In this document: positions 15,540 through 25,094 of the stretch, piece after piece
Layout: each line of letters opens with the position of its first letter
How positions within the stretch are numbered: the stretch's first letter is position 1
Assembly (NCBI GenBank): GCA_041648975.1
Contig: JBAZNZ010000006.1
Coordinates: 5,723-69,722 of the forward strand
Direction: 5' to 3'
DNA: 64,000 bases
Source: Candidatus Omnitrophota bacterium
GTDB taxonomy: Bacteria > Omnitrophota > Gorgyraeia > 2-01-FULL-45-10
Notes under the pieces: model-generated
What the model was told of the DNA's origin: nothing
Databases searched by the model: none
Seen by the model: the letters and a program-made list of their open reading frames with translations, nothing else
Made by a program: the position numbers and the translations under genes

Positions 15540-15908
15540 ATGGGAAAAATGATCCTCGTAGTTGACGATGAACCTGACATTATGGATGTTGCGACAGTCA
15601 GGTTGAGGCACTTAGGATATGAAATAGTACCTGCGGCCGATGCAGAGGAGGCTCTGGTTGTTTTACAGAAGGATGTTCCCGATCTAATATTGCTGGATCT
15701 GCTCTTGCCCAACATGCAAGGCGACGAGCTCTGTAAAAAATTGAAATCTGACAATAAATTTAAAAATATCCCCATTATACTATTTACAGCCAGCGCTATC
15801 CGGACCAGCCTGCCGGAAAAGGTTAAAGAGATAGGCGCGGATGATTGCATATTGAAGCCATTTGAGCCGCAGGAATTATTAAGTAAAGTCAAAAAATTTA
15901 TAGGATGA
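15540..15908 (+). CDS. single-domain response regulator (CheY-like receiver)
   Basis: ILVVDDEPDI...LILLDLLLPNMQGDELCKKLK...ILFTAS. Starts 1 nt after the kinase stop. Confidence 0.8.
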   Translation: MGKMILVVDDEPDIMDVATVRLRHLGYEIVPAADAEEALVVLQKDVPDLILLDLLLPNMQGDELCKKLKSDNKFKNIPIILFTASAIRTSLPEKVKEIGADDCILKPFEPQELLSKVKKFIG

Positions 15909-16103
15909 CTTATGTGCAGCAACAGACGCGTTTAAGCTCAGGCTATTGCTTGTTGCATATTAATGCTGCGTTATATACTGCCGTACAAGGTCGATACTCC
16001 GATCTCGCGTCGATAAACACTCTAACTGAAATTATAGCCTTGTTATCATAAGATAATATGATATAATCATAGCATTATAATGAACGCGAAGAGTAAATAA
16101 ATC

Positions 16104-16115
16104 GCGGGCGTAGCT
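16104..16115 (+). repeat. 12-nt duplicate of the tRNA-Gly 5' end (GCGGGCGTAGCT), 250 nt upstream of the gene
   Basis: Exact match to the first 12 nt of tRNA-Gly at 16354. A chance match is unlikely in 64 kb. Confidence 0.35.
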
Positions 16116-16353
16116 TCCGCCTTCGCTATGGTGGTTAGATTGTAATGAAGCTTCGGCGGATTTCGCCATGAATAGTGTAGTGTTGGGTTTAGGCTCAACA
16201 ATCTTGTACTAAAGGTGAGCCTAAATAAGCTCCATGTTTTTTTGGTTTTTAGAGTTTGAGTCAGAGGAAGAAAAACAATATGGTTTGACAGCAGTTGCGA
16301 CGGCCTCGGCCAGAGGCCTCGGCACTTAGTTAGCACTATGGCTGAATAAACTT

Positions 16354-16427
16354 GCGGGCGTAGCTCAATGGTAGAGTGCTAGCCTTCCAAGCTAGCTACG
16401 TCGGTTCGATTCCGATCGCCCGCTCCA
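16354..16427 (+). tRNA. tRNA-Gly (anticodon TCC)
   Basis: 74-nt cloverleaf. Acceptor gcgggcg/cgcccgc, D arm gctc-aatggta-gagt, anticodon stem ctagc/gctag with loop cttccaa (anticodon TCC), T arm with ttcgatt, discriminator t, CCA. Confidence 0.85.
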
Positions 16428-16440
16428 AATTTCGCTATAG

Positions 16441-16552
16441 TCTAACTCAGGCGAAATTTGATCCCGAGGAAGTTGCAGTTAGACGGTATACTGACGAGGG
16501 ACTACCTATAAAAGGACTGTCTCTAACTCAGGCAAAATTTGATCCTGAGGAG
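16441..16552 (+). repeat. two copies of a 30-nt direct repeat (TCTAACTCAGGCRAAATTTGATCCYGAGGA) 82 nt apart, each able to form a CTCAGG/CCYGAG hairpin
   Basis: Copies at 16441-16470 and 16523-16552, between tRNA-Gly and the terminator at 16638. They are probably co-transcribed with the tRNA. Confidence 0.4.
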
Positions 16553-16637
16553 GAAGTAGTTAAACTGAGGTCCGACGAAGGACCTATATCGGTTCACTAT
16601 TTTGTACTGAAAATAGAGTAAAGGTATTTCGACAGCT

Positions 16638-16666
16638 AAAATCCTCCCAATGGGTCGGATTTTTTA
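16638..16666 (+). terminator. rho-independent terminator (ATCC-TCCCAATGGGTC-GGAT + TTTTTT)
   Basis: GC-rich stem-loop followed by a 6-T tract, about 210 nt after tRNA-Gly. Confidence 0.5.
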
Positions 16667-16709
16667 ACGCTGTCTCAATATCAAATTTGCACGCAAATTT
16701 GGAGGCGCT

Positions 16710-17114
16710 ATGGACTATTCAAAGCCGTTATGCAAGATATTGACCGTTGATGATGAGCTTGGCATCGACTCGTTCTTTTACGAGTTTTTTACGGCGCGCA
16801 ACTATGAAGTATTTAACGCAAGGAGCGGCAAATCCGCGTTGGAGATCATCGAAAAGGAGCATCCGAGCATCATCCTACTGGATGTGAATATGAAAGGGAT
16901 GAGCGGCATAGAGGTCTTGAAAAAGATAAAAGAGATAGATAAGAAGATAATAGTTATCATGGTGACCGGCATGAAAGACGATGACATCAAGAAGAGCGCG
17001 ATGGACGCAGGCGCGGATGAGTACATTACAAAACCTCTCAGCCTGGAGTATCTTGATAAGGTCGTGACATCGAAATTCCTTAACATCCAGATAAGGGATC
17101 TGGGTGCGACTTAA
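16710..17114 (+). CDS. single-domain response regulator (CheY-like receiver)
   Basis: ILTVDDELGI...IILLDVNMKGMSGIEVLKKIK...IVIMVTGMKDD...GADEYITKPL. Confidence 0.75.
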   Translation: MDYSKPLCKILTVDDELGIDSFFYEFFTARNYEVFNARSGKSALEIIEKEHPSIILLDVNMKGMSGIEVLKKIKEIDKKIIVIMVTGMKDDDIKKSAMDAGADEYITKPLSLEYLDKVVTSKFLNIQIRDLGAT

Positions 17115-17195
17115 CCGATGCCGTTTTTGCGGAATCTCAAAGCCTGTTCTGCGCGCTGTTGGGATTTTTTATTTTAAGGATGCAATAAACATGAA

Positions 17196-18206
17196 ATGAT
17201 GGAGGAGCATATGCATAACGCTAACGTAGAGGCGATGAATGAGAAGGTCAAGAAAGAGAGCGTCTTTGTTCAGGCGCTGATACACGAGATGGAGAAGGTC
17301 ATAGTCGGGCAGAAATATATGATAGAAAGGCTCCTTGTAGGGCTTCTCGCGAACGGCCACATCTTGATCGAAGGTGTGCCCGGACTCGCGAAGACGCTCT
17401 GCGTCAAGGTGCTGGCGCAGTCGATAGACACGAAGTTCCAGCGTCTCCAGTTCACTCCGGACCTGCTGCCAGCCGATCTGATAGGGACTTTGATATATAA
17501 TCCAAAAGACGGGGCGTTCACGACAAAAAAAGGGCCGATATTTGCCAATATAATACTTGCCGACGAAATAAACCGCTCGCCGGCCAAAGTCCAGAGCGCG
17601 CTCCTGGAAGCGATGCAGGAGAGGCAGGTCACCATCGGCGAAAATACTTTCAAGCTGGATGAGCCGTTCCTGGTGCTGGCGACGCAGAACCCGATCGAGC
17701 ACGAGGGCACATACCCGCTTCCCGAAGCGCAGGTCGACAGGTTCATGTTGAAATTGAAGATCGGTTATCCTACCAAGGAAGAAGAGTTCAAGATAATGAA
17801 GAGGATGGCCTTGACCGATAAGAAGATAGACGTCGATGCCGTAGTCGGTCCAAGCGATATCGTGAAAGCTAGAAAAGTAGTCGATGACATATATATGGAC
17901 GAAAGGATAGAGAAGTACATCATCGATATAGTCTTTGCGACCAGGGAGCCGAAATCGTTCAAGCTGGACGAGCTGACTTCGCTAATACAATACGGTGCCT
18001 CCCCGAGGGCGAGTATATATCTTTCTATAGCGTCAAAGGCGTACGCGTTCCTGCAGGGCAGGGGCTATGTGGTTCCGCAAGACGTCAAGACGATCGGCAT
18101 GGATATACTGAGGCATCGCGTCATCGTGAGTTATGAAGCCGAGGCGGAGGATAAGACGTCGGAGGACGTCATAAAGAGGGTATTCGAAGAAGTTAAAGTG
18201 CCATAA
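17196..18206 (+). CDS. moxR: MoxR-family AAA+ ATPase
   Basis: Walker A GVPGLAKT, ILADEINRSPAKVQSALLEAMQERQVTIGE, and MoxR C-terminal region. Confidence 0.85.
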   Translation: MMEEHMHNANVEAMNEKVKKESVFVQALIHEMEKVIVGQKYMIERLLVGLLANGHILIEGVPGLAKTLCVKVLAQSIDTKFQRLQFTPDLLPADLIGTLIYNPKDGAFTTKKGPIFANIILADEINRSPAKVQSALLEAMQERQVTIGENTFKLDEPFLVLATQNPIEHEGTYPLPEAQVDRFMLKLKIGYPTKEEEFKIMKRMALTDKKIDVDAVVGPSDIVKARKVVDDIYMDERIEKYIIDIVFATREPKSFKLDELTSLIQYGASPRASIYLSIASKAYAFLQGRGYVVPQDVKTIGMDILRHRVIVSYEAEAEDKTSEDVIKRVFEEVKVP

Positions 18207-18224
18207 CCTGGTATCCGAGAGGCC

Positions 18225-19100
18225 ATGCTCCCAAAAGATATAATCAAGAAGATACGGCGTATAGAGATAACGACGTCTAAGCTCGTTACCGATATGCTTG
18301 CTGGCCAGTATGAGAGCGTCTTCAAGGGGAGGGGCATCGAGTTCGACGAGGTAAGGGAGTATCAGCCCGGCGACGAGATCCGCTCCATAGACTGGAACGT
18401 CACCGCCAGGATGGGCCATCCTTTCATCAAGAAGTTCGTAGAAGAGCGGCAGCTTACGGTAATGATACTCCTCGACGCGTCCGGCTCCTCTTATTTCGGG
18501 ACATCGCACCGCCTCAAGCGCGAGTTAGCCTCAGAGGTGGCGGCTGTGCTGGCGTTCGCGGCGACACAGAACAAGGACCGGGTCGGCCTCCTTATATTTT
18601 CAGATAAGATCGAGAAGTTCATCCCGCCGAGAAAAGGACTGCCGCACGTCCTGCGCGTTATAAGGGAATCGCTATATTTTAAGCCCAAAGGTAAGGGAAC
18701 AGACATAGCCGGAGCGCTCAGGTATCTCGACAGCGTCACGACCAGACGCGCGGTCGTCTTCATCATATCCGATTTTTTCGCGAAAGATTTCAAGAAATCC
18801 CTTTCGATAGCTAATAAGAGGCATGACGCCATAGCCATCACGTTAACTGACCCAAGAGAATTGGAGCTGCCGAACGCAGGCCTGATGGAGTTTACGGACG
18901 CCGAGACCGGTAAACTCTTCCTGATCGATACATCAAGGGCGTCGATAAGGAAGAGATACGCCGATAGGTCGCAAGAACTGATCCGCGAGCGGCTGAAGAC
19001 ATTCGCCTCCATAAATATGGACCATATGGACATACGGACCGACAGGCCGTATATAGACGAATTCATAAAGTTTTTCAAACGCCGAAAAAAAAGAATTTAA
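18225..19100 (+). CDS. DUF58 protein (vWA-like), MoxR partner
   Basis: EFDEVREYQPGDEIRSIDWNVTARMGHPFIKKF is the DUF58 hallmark. Confidence 0.75.
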   Translation: MLPKDIIKKIRRIEITTSKLVTDMLAGQYESVFKGRGIEFDEVREYQPGDEIRSIDWNVTARMGHPFIKKFVEERQLTVMILLDASGSSYFGTSHRLKRELASEVAAVLAFAATQNKDRVGLLIFSDKIEKFIPPRKGLPHVLRVIRESLYFKPKGKGTDIAGALRYLDSVTTRRAVVFIISDFFAKDFKKSLSIANKRHDAIAITLTDPRELELPNAGLMEFTDAETGKLFLIDTSRASIRKRYADRSQELIRERLKTFASINMDHMDIRTDRPYIDEFIKFFKRRKKRI

Positions 19101-19103
19101 AAG

Positions 19104-20039
19104 ATGAAGATAGTGAAAATATCTATCCTGGCGGTCTGTTTTCTATCTCTCTTATCAACGTTCGCCCTGGCCTCCGATGATAAGCCGGTGATGCGTGTCT
19201 CTGTCGACAGGAGGAACATCCTGATAGGAGACAGGGTCAGGTATACGGTTTCCGTAAAATATAGGGAAGGGCTCGAGCTTGAATTCCCGAATTTCAAAGA
19301 AGGTGTAATGGGGGATTTTGAGATAAAGGATTTCGGGTCAATCCGTAAAAAAGGCATTTTCGGAAACAGGTCCATCTCGCGCTGGTATTCGATAACGTCA
19401 TTTTCAGTCGGCAAGCATGAAGTGCCGCAATATGACCTGAGGTATAAGAAAAAAGGCGAGAAAGACTGGAATAATATTCACTCCGAGAAGATCGTTGTAG
19501 TCGTGGAGAGTATATTGCCGGAAGGCGCGGCTCTCGTTGACATAAAGGACATAAAAGGGCCAATGTCTATACGTGAGATAGATTGGGCCCTGGTTGCCAT
19601 AGTTTTCTTTATATTTGGTATCGCGGGCGTGGCCGCGCAAATCTGTATTAAAAGACTGCGCATGCGTCCTCCAAGGCCGCCGCATGAGGTTGCTTTGGAG
19701 GAATTAGAGGCGATAAACGCGCTGTTAGCCAGGACAGGCGACATCAAGGAGTTCTACATCGGGATATCCGACTCGATCAGACGCTATATAGAGAGCGTCT
19801 TTAGGCTAAAGGCCCCGGAGATGACGACCGAGGAATTCCTGAATTCCCTGAATGATTCAGCTGCCCTAACGGCTTCACAGAAAGAAGTGCTCAAGGAATT
19901 CATGAGCGCGTGCGACCTTGTCAAGTTTGCCAAATATACTCCTCGAAAGGACGAGATAGAGTCCGTCTTTACCGCGGCAAAGAAGTTTATAGGAGAAACA
20001 ACATATCCCGTCGTCGGGAAATTGCCCCAAAAGGTGTAA
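19104..20039 (+). CDS. hypothetical Bat-operon membrane protein (N-terminal signal sequence, central TM)
   Basis: Sits between DUF58 and batA, as in Bacteroides-type aerotolerance operons. Confidence 0.5.
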   Translation: MKIVKISILAVCFLSLLSTFALASDDKPVMRVSVDRRNILIGDRVRYTVSVKYREGLELEFPNFKEGVMGDFEIKDFGSIRKKGIFGNRSISRWYSITSFSVGKHEVPQYDLRYKKKGEKDWNNIHSEKIVVVVESILPEGAALVDIKDIKGPMSIREIDWALVAIVFFIFGIAGVAAQICIKRLRMRPPRPPHEVALEELEAINALLARTGDIKEFYIGISDSIRRYIESVFRLKAPEMTTEEFLNSLNDSAALTASQKEVLKEFMSACDLVKFAKYTPRKDEIESVFTAAKKFIGETTYPVVGKLPQKV

Positions 20040-20042
20040 AAT

Positions 20043-21041
20043 ATGGTAACGTTCAAATACCCTGCAGCCTTATGGCTGATCCTTCTGCTGCCTCTTCTTT
20101 TCATAATAGTTAAGAGCAGGCGCACCGACACGACATTCATCTTTTCCTCACGCGAACTCCTGGAGGGGCTTAAGCCGACGCTCCGCCTACGGCTCTCGAA
20201 GTTCATGATATTTTTTAGGGTTATAGCGCTGTGCCTTTTCATAATGGCCCTCGCCAGGCCGCAATCTGTTCTGGAAGGAACCAAGACAGTATCCGAAGGC
20301 GTCGACATTGTAGTTGCGCTTGACACATCGACGAGCATGCTGGCCGAAGACTTCAGGTTGGGGGCGTCGCGCGTGAACAGGTATGATGTGGTAAAGGAAG
20401 TCGTCAAGGAGTTCTTCAGGAAGAGGAAAGATGACAGGATCGGTATGATAGCGTTCGCGGCGCGCGCTTATACCGTATGCCCCCTGACTACCGATTACGC
20501 GTGGCTGAACGAAAATCTCGATAGGGTGAGGGTCGGAATGATCGAAGATGCCACCGCCATCGGCTCGGCGCTGGCCAGCGCCAGCAACAGGCTGCGCACA
20601 TCCAAAACAAAATCCAAGATAATAATACTTCTTACGGACGGCGTAAATAACGCGGGCACGATCTCGCCTATAGTCGCGGCCGAGGCCGCGAAGGCGCTTA
20701 AGATAAAGATATACACGATAGGCGTGGGCACAAAGGGGCTCGTCCCTTATCCTTTTAAGGACGTCTACGGCAGGACAGTTTACCAGAAGATACCTATAGA
20801 GATCGACGAAGAGGTCCTCAAAAAGATCGCCGATATCACGGGCGGAAAATATTACCGCGCGACGGACACGGAGACCCTGCGTAAGTTATTCGACGACATA
20901 AACCGGCTTGAAAAATCGAATATCGAGCATTTCGGCTACAGGGAATATAGCGAGCTCTTCTATATTTTCCTTATACCGGCGCTGATTATGCTGGCGCTTG
21001 AGATATTCCTTGCGAACACTCTATTTTTAAAGGTGCCATGA
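20043..21041 (+). CDS. batA: BatA-like von Willebrand factor A domain membrane protein
   Basis: vWA MIDAS motif DTSTSM with LLTDGVNNAG. N-terminal TM helices. Confidence 0.75.
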   Translation: MVTFKYPAALWLILLLPLLFIIVKSRRTDTTFIFSSRELLEGLKPTLRLRLSKFMIFFRVIALCLFIMALARPQSVLEGTKTVSEGVDIVVALDTSTSMLAEDFRLGASRVNRYDVVKEVVKEFFRKRKDDRIGMIAFAARAYTVCPLTTDYAWLNENLDRVRVGMIEDATAIGSALASASNRLRTSKTKSKIIILLTDGVNNAGTISPIVAAEAAKALKIKIYTIGVGTKGLVPYPFKDVYGRTVYQKIPIEIDEEVLKKIADITGGKYYRATDTETLRKLFDDINRLEKSNIEHFGYREYSELFYIFLIPALIMLALEIFLANTLFLKVP

Positions 21042-22048
21042 ACTACGCGAACCCGGATTATTTTAATATTATCTATTCTTTGACCGCGCTCCTGGTGCTG
21101 TTTTATATATGGACCTTCAGGCGCAGGCAGGCGCGCATCAGAAAGTTTGCGGACAAGACGTTACTGTCGAGCATCGCACCCACGGTAAGTATGAGGCGGA
21201 AGTTGATAAAGATGGCGCTGATCACGATAGCCGTATCCTTAAGCTTCATCGCGCTCGCGCGTCCGCAATGGGGGTTCGAATGGGAAGAGACGAAGAGGAT
21301 GGGGCTGGATATATTGGTAGCCATAGACGTCTCTAACAGCATGCTCGCTACAGATGTCAAGCCCAACAGGCTCGAACGTTCCAAATTTGCCGTAAAGGAC
21401 ATGATAAAGAAGCTGAACGGCGACAGGATAGGGCTGATAGCGTTTGCCGGAGCGTCGTTCCTGCAGTGCCCGCTGACGATCGATTATAACGGATTCGTTC
21501 TCGCCCTTGATGACCTGAACACAGAGACGATCCCCAGGGGAGGGACATCCATAGCGAGCGCTATAAAAGAAGCGATGAGGATATTGAGCGGGCAGGAGAA
21601 GAAGTACAAAGTGCTCGTCATCATCACCGACGGGGAAGATCTGGAGGGCGATGCGCTCTCGGCGGCAAAAGAGGCCGCTGAGGCGGGAATAAGGATATAC
21701 TGCATAGGCGTAGGGACGGCGGAAGGCGAATTGATACCCACCATAGGGGAGCGCGGCGACAGGGAATATCTCGTAGACAGTAAAGGTAATATTGTAAAGA
21801 CGAAACTGAACGAAGATGTGCTGAAACAGATAGCGATCGCTACAGACGGCAATTATGTCCGGGCGACGCAGGCCGAATTCGGGCTCGTCCTGTTATATGA
21901 TAAAAGCATTTCAAAGCTTGAAAAACGCGACATCGAAGCCAAAATGAGGAAGCGTTACAGGGAGAAGTTTCAGTATTTCCTGGCGTTCGCCATACTACTG
22001 CTCTTCATCGAACCGCTCATTTCCGAGAGGAGGCGTATCGCGACATGA
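21038..22048 (+). CDS. batB: BatB-like vWA domain membrane protein
   Basis: DVSNSM, ITDGEDLEG. Start ATGA-overlaps the batA stop. Confidence 0.75.
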   Translation: MNYANPDYFNIIYSLTALLVLFYIWTFRRRQARIRKFADKTLLSSIAPTVSMRRKLIKMALITIAVSLSFIALARPQWGFEWEETKRMGLDILVAIDVSNSMLATDVKPNRLERSKFAVKDMIKKLNGDRIGLIAFAGASFLQCPLTIDYNGFVLALDDLNTETIPRGGTSIASAIKEAMRILSGQEKKYKVLVIITDGEDLEGDALSAAKEAAEAGIRIYCIGVGTAEGELIPTIGERGDREYLVDSKGNIVKTKLNEDVLKQIAIATDGNYVRATQAEFGLVLLYDKSISKLEKRDIEAKMRKRYREKFQYFLAFAILLLFIEPLISERRRIAT

Positions 22049-23253
22049 TAAGGGTGATCTCGATCGCGTTCCTCATGTGCTTCGCGATCAGCGAATGCGC
22101 CTTCGCCACGCTTAAAGATGATGTGAAAAAAGGCAATTTATTATATAATGATAAAAAATATTCCGAAGCGGCCAAGATATATTCCGCGGCGTTGAAAGAA
22201 AAACGCGATTCCGGGGTTGTGAATTTCAATATCGGGGCCGCGAAGTACAAGGAGGGGTCATATTCCGGTTCGATAGATTCTTTCAATAAAGCGATAGCTT
22301 CAGGTGACGCTGGATTGGTGCCAAAGGCAGATTACAATATCGGAAACGTCCAGTACAAGATAGGGACAACAAAACAGAAGAGCGATTTCAATAAGACTAA
22401 AGAACTGTACGAGACAGCGCTTAAATTTTATAAGCGCGCTATAGACCTGGATCCGTCCGACAAAGACGCGAAATATAATTATGAGTTCGTTGAGAACAGG
22501 CTCATGCAGCTGATGGAGCAGAAAAACCAGGAGCAGGAGAAAAAACAGGATCAGAAACAGGATAAGGACCAGAAGAAGCAGGACAAAGAGCAGCAGAAGG
22601 ATCAGCAGAAAAACCAGGATAAACAGCAACAGGATAAGCAGGAACAGCAGAAGGATCAGCAAAAAGGGTCTCAGCCCCAGGATGCCGGCGGCGGGGGAAG
22701 TCAGGAAAAAGAGGAAACTGGGAAGCAGGAAGAGCAGCAGAAAGAAGGGAAATCCAGCTCCGAACAAGATAAAGGTGACCAGAAGGACCAGGATCAAAAG
22801 CAGGGCGAGGACGAGAAGAACGCCGCTGACAACAAAAAAGAGGGCGAAGAGTCTGATCAGCAGAAGAAAGAAGGCGGCGAGCAGGAGGAAAATCCGAAGG
22901 AGCAGGACGGCGATAAGGAAGAACAGCAGAAGCAGGAAGGCGAGAAGGAGAATAAGCAGCAGCCCGGGGATCAGGAAAAGGATAAGGGCGGCACGGGAGA
23001 AGAAGAGCAGGAGCAGCCGAAGCCATCTGAAGAAGGAAAGGAAGAAGAGACAGCCGGTATTTCAAAAGAGGACGAGGAAGGCGGAGGATTGACAGCATAT
23101 CAGTCACCGCAGGAGCAGGGAGAGCCTGGTGAGATGTCGGAACAGGAAGCTAAGATGATACTCGAAGGATATAAAGGGGAAGAGGCTACCGGCGGCGCGA
23201 TAAAGATGATGAAGAAAAGGGTGAACCTTCCGGAGCCGTCCAGAGATTGGTAA
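22045..23253 (+). CDS. batC: BatC-like TPR protein with a long K/Q/E/D-rich low-complexity region
   Basis: N-terminal TPR-like helices (YNIGNVQYKIG, YETALKFYKRAIDLDP), followed by about 250 aa of QEQEKKQDQK-type repeats. Confidence 0.6.
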   Translation: MIRVISIAFLMCFAISECAFATLKDDVKKGNLLYNDKKYSEAAKIYSAALKEKRDSGVVNFNIGAAKYKEGSYSGSIDSFNKAIASGDAGLVPKADYNIGNVQYKIGTTKQKSDFNKTKELYETALKFYKRAIDLDPSDKDAKYNYEFVENRLMQLMEQKNQEQEKKQDQKQDKDQKKQDKEQQKDQQKNQDKQQQDKQEQQKDQQKGSQPQDAGGGGSQEKEETGKQEEQQKEGKSSSEQDKGDQKDQDQKQGEDEKNAADNKKEGEESDQQKKEGGEQEENPKEQDGDKEEQQKQEGEKENKQQPGDQEKDKGGTGEEEQEQPKPSEEGKEEETAGISKEDEEGGGLTAYQSPQEQGEPGEMSEQEAKMILEGYKGEEATGGAIKMMKKRVNLPEPSRDW

Positions 23254-25094
23254 ATAAGGTGTGTATGAAAAAACGCATTTATATATTTATAGTTTTAGCC
23301 ATTACGATCTGTTCGCTGGCGTCCTTATTATATGCAGAGGACGGAAGATTCGAAGTAAGCCTTGACCGCCGGCAGGTAGCCCTCGGCGAGTCCGCGCAAC
23401 TGGGGCTCTCCTTCCGCGGGACCCAGAGCATGCCTGCGCCCGACATAGGGAATATCAGCGGACTCGAGATACGGTATCTAGGGCCGTCGACCATGATGAC
23501 CGTCATCAACGGCCAGGTATCCACCGCCATAACGCACATGTATACCGTCCTACCCTTGAAGATAGGGACTTTTCAGTTGGGGCCGTTCTCTTTCAAATAT
23601 AAAGGAGACAATTACGTATCAAATACGGTGACGCTGGAGGCTACGGCTGAGAAAGTGATCGCGGCAAAGAGCGTCGAAGAGTCATCCGCGGATAATATTG
23701 AACTGGGCGACAGGATATTCGTAAAGCTTGAGATCAGCAAGGCCTCGGCTTATGTAAACGAACTTATTCCGGTAAAAGTGAAATTTTATGTGAACAGGCT
23801 CAATGTGAGCGATATCCAGTTGCCGACCTTTGCCCAGGAAGGGTTTTCAAAGATAGAGTTCAAGGAACCGAAACAATACAGGGAGCGTATGGGAGGATTG
23901 TTATACGACGTCCTCGAGTTCAATACGAATATATTTGGGACCAAGAGCGGCGACTACTCGCTCGGCCCCGCAAAGATCAAGTGCAATGTGATTGCCAGAA
24001 AGAGGCTGGCCAGGATGCCGTCTATGATGGATGATTACGACAGTTCACCCTATAGGGATTCGTTTGACGATTTCTTTACCCGGTATGAAAAGCATCCCAT
24101 GGAGCTGAAATCCCAGGAAACCAGGATAACGATAGAGCCCATCCCTGCCGAAGGCAGGCCTAAAGACTATCTCGGCGCTGTCGGCGATTATCAGTTCATA
24201 TACAGCGCCAATCCTAAGAAAGTAAAAGTGGGTGATCCTTTGACGGTCACTATGGTCATTAACGGCACAGGCAACTTCAATACGGTGCTTTCGCCCAGGA
24301 TAGATAATACCGAAGGTTTTAAGGTCTACGATCCGCAGGTCAAGACCGAAGAGAATAGGAAGACCTTTTCCCAGGTCCTCATCCCAACTACCGACATGAT
24401 CACACAGATACCTAAAGCTGTCTTCAGTTATTTTGACCCGGCGCAGAAGATGTACAAGGTGATAACTCAGGATCCGATCCCGCTGCAGGTGGAGAAGGGC
24501 ATTGAAGAGTCGCCGTCCCAGGTGATAGGCGCGGCATCCGTGCCTGAGCGGAGGACTGAGGAAAAAGAAGATCTGGCCAGAGACATCATATATATAAAGG
24601 AATCTCCGGGCGCATGGCTGCCTAAAAATTACCAGATATACAGGAGTAATCTATTTATTGTCCTTACAATTGTACCAATTGTGTTATTGATATCTCTTTA
24701 TGTAACCAATGCGCGCAGGAACAGGATCAGATACGACACGGAATACGCCGCGCGCCTGGCTTCTTTCCGGTATGCCAAAAGAAGTGTGAGGGAGTTGAAA
24801 CGACACTTAAAACCGGAAGACCCTAGGATATTTTACGAGACCCTGTTCAAGACGCTTCAGGGGTATCTCGGGAACCGTTTCTACATCGCTCCGGCAGGAA
24901 CAACATATAGTGAGATAGAACGGATCGCCCTGGAGAAGGGCGTAGACCGCGATATCATCCAGAAGATAAAGAAATTGTTCGATGCCTGCGATGAGATGAG
25001 ATTCGCTTTCTCGAAGACGGATATCTATAAGATGCAGGATAACGTAAAGGATGTGGCGGAGATCATAAGATACCTGGAGCGCAGAAAATTATGA
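23247..25094 (+). CDS. batD: BatD-like oxygen-tolerance protein
   Basis: Size of 615 aa, N-terminal signal peptide, a C-terminal TM helix (LFIVLTIVPIVLLISLYV) followed by a cytoplasmic tail, and operon position all match BatD. Confidence 0.65.
   Translation: MVNKVCMKKRIYIFIVLAITICSLASLLYAEDGRFEVSLDRRQVALGESAQLGLSFRGTQSMPAPDIGNISGLEIRYLGPSTMMTVINGQVSTAITHMYTVLPLKIGTFQLGPFSFKYKGDNYVSNTVTLEATAEKVIAAKSVEESSADNIELGDRIFVKLEISKASAYVNELIPVKVKFYVNRLNVSDIQLPTFAQEGFSKIEFKEPKQYRERMGGLLYDVLEFNTNIFGTKSGDYSLGPAKIKCNVIARKRLARMPSMMDDYDSSPYRDSFDDFFTRYEKHPMELKSQETRITIEPIPAEGRPKDYLGAVGDYQFIYSANPKKVKVGDPLTVTMVINGTGNFNTVLSPRIDNTEGFKVYDPQVKTEENRKTFSQVLIPTTDMITQIPKAVFSYFDPAQKMYKVITQDPIPLQVEKGIEESPSQVIGAASVPERRTEEKEDLARDIIYIKESPGAWLPKNYQIYRSNLFIVLTIVPIVLLISLYVTNARRNRIRYDTEYAARLASFRYAKRSVRELKRHLKPEDPRIFYETLFKTLQGYLGNRFYIAPAGTTYSEIERIALEKGVDRDIIQKIKKLFDACDEMRFAFSKTDIYKMQDNVKDVAEIIRYLERRKL

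Noticed and set aside
16376-16621. 81-aa ORF with an internal repeat (SLTQAKFDPEE x2) downstream of tRNA-Gly
   Set aside because: Its start codon lies inside the tRNA-Gly gene. The repeat reflects the DNA-level 30-nt direct repeats, and there is no RBS. It is more likely a structured RNA tail than a protein.
22300-23107. Three overlapping ORFs (22300..22797 -, 22502..23107 -, 22682..23092 +) with Leu/Phe-rich or Arg/Lys-rich low-complexity products
   Set aside because: They are alternative-frame read-outs of the purine-rich (CAG/AAG/GAC)n tract that encodes BatC's K/Q/E/D-rich region.
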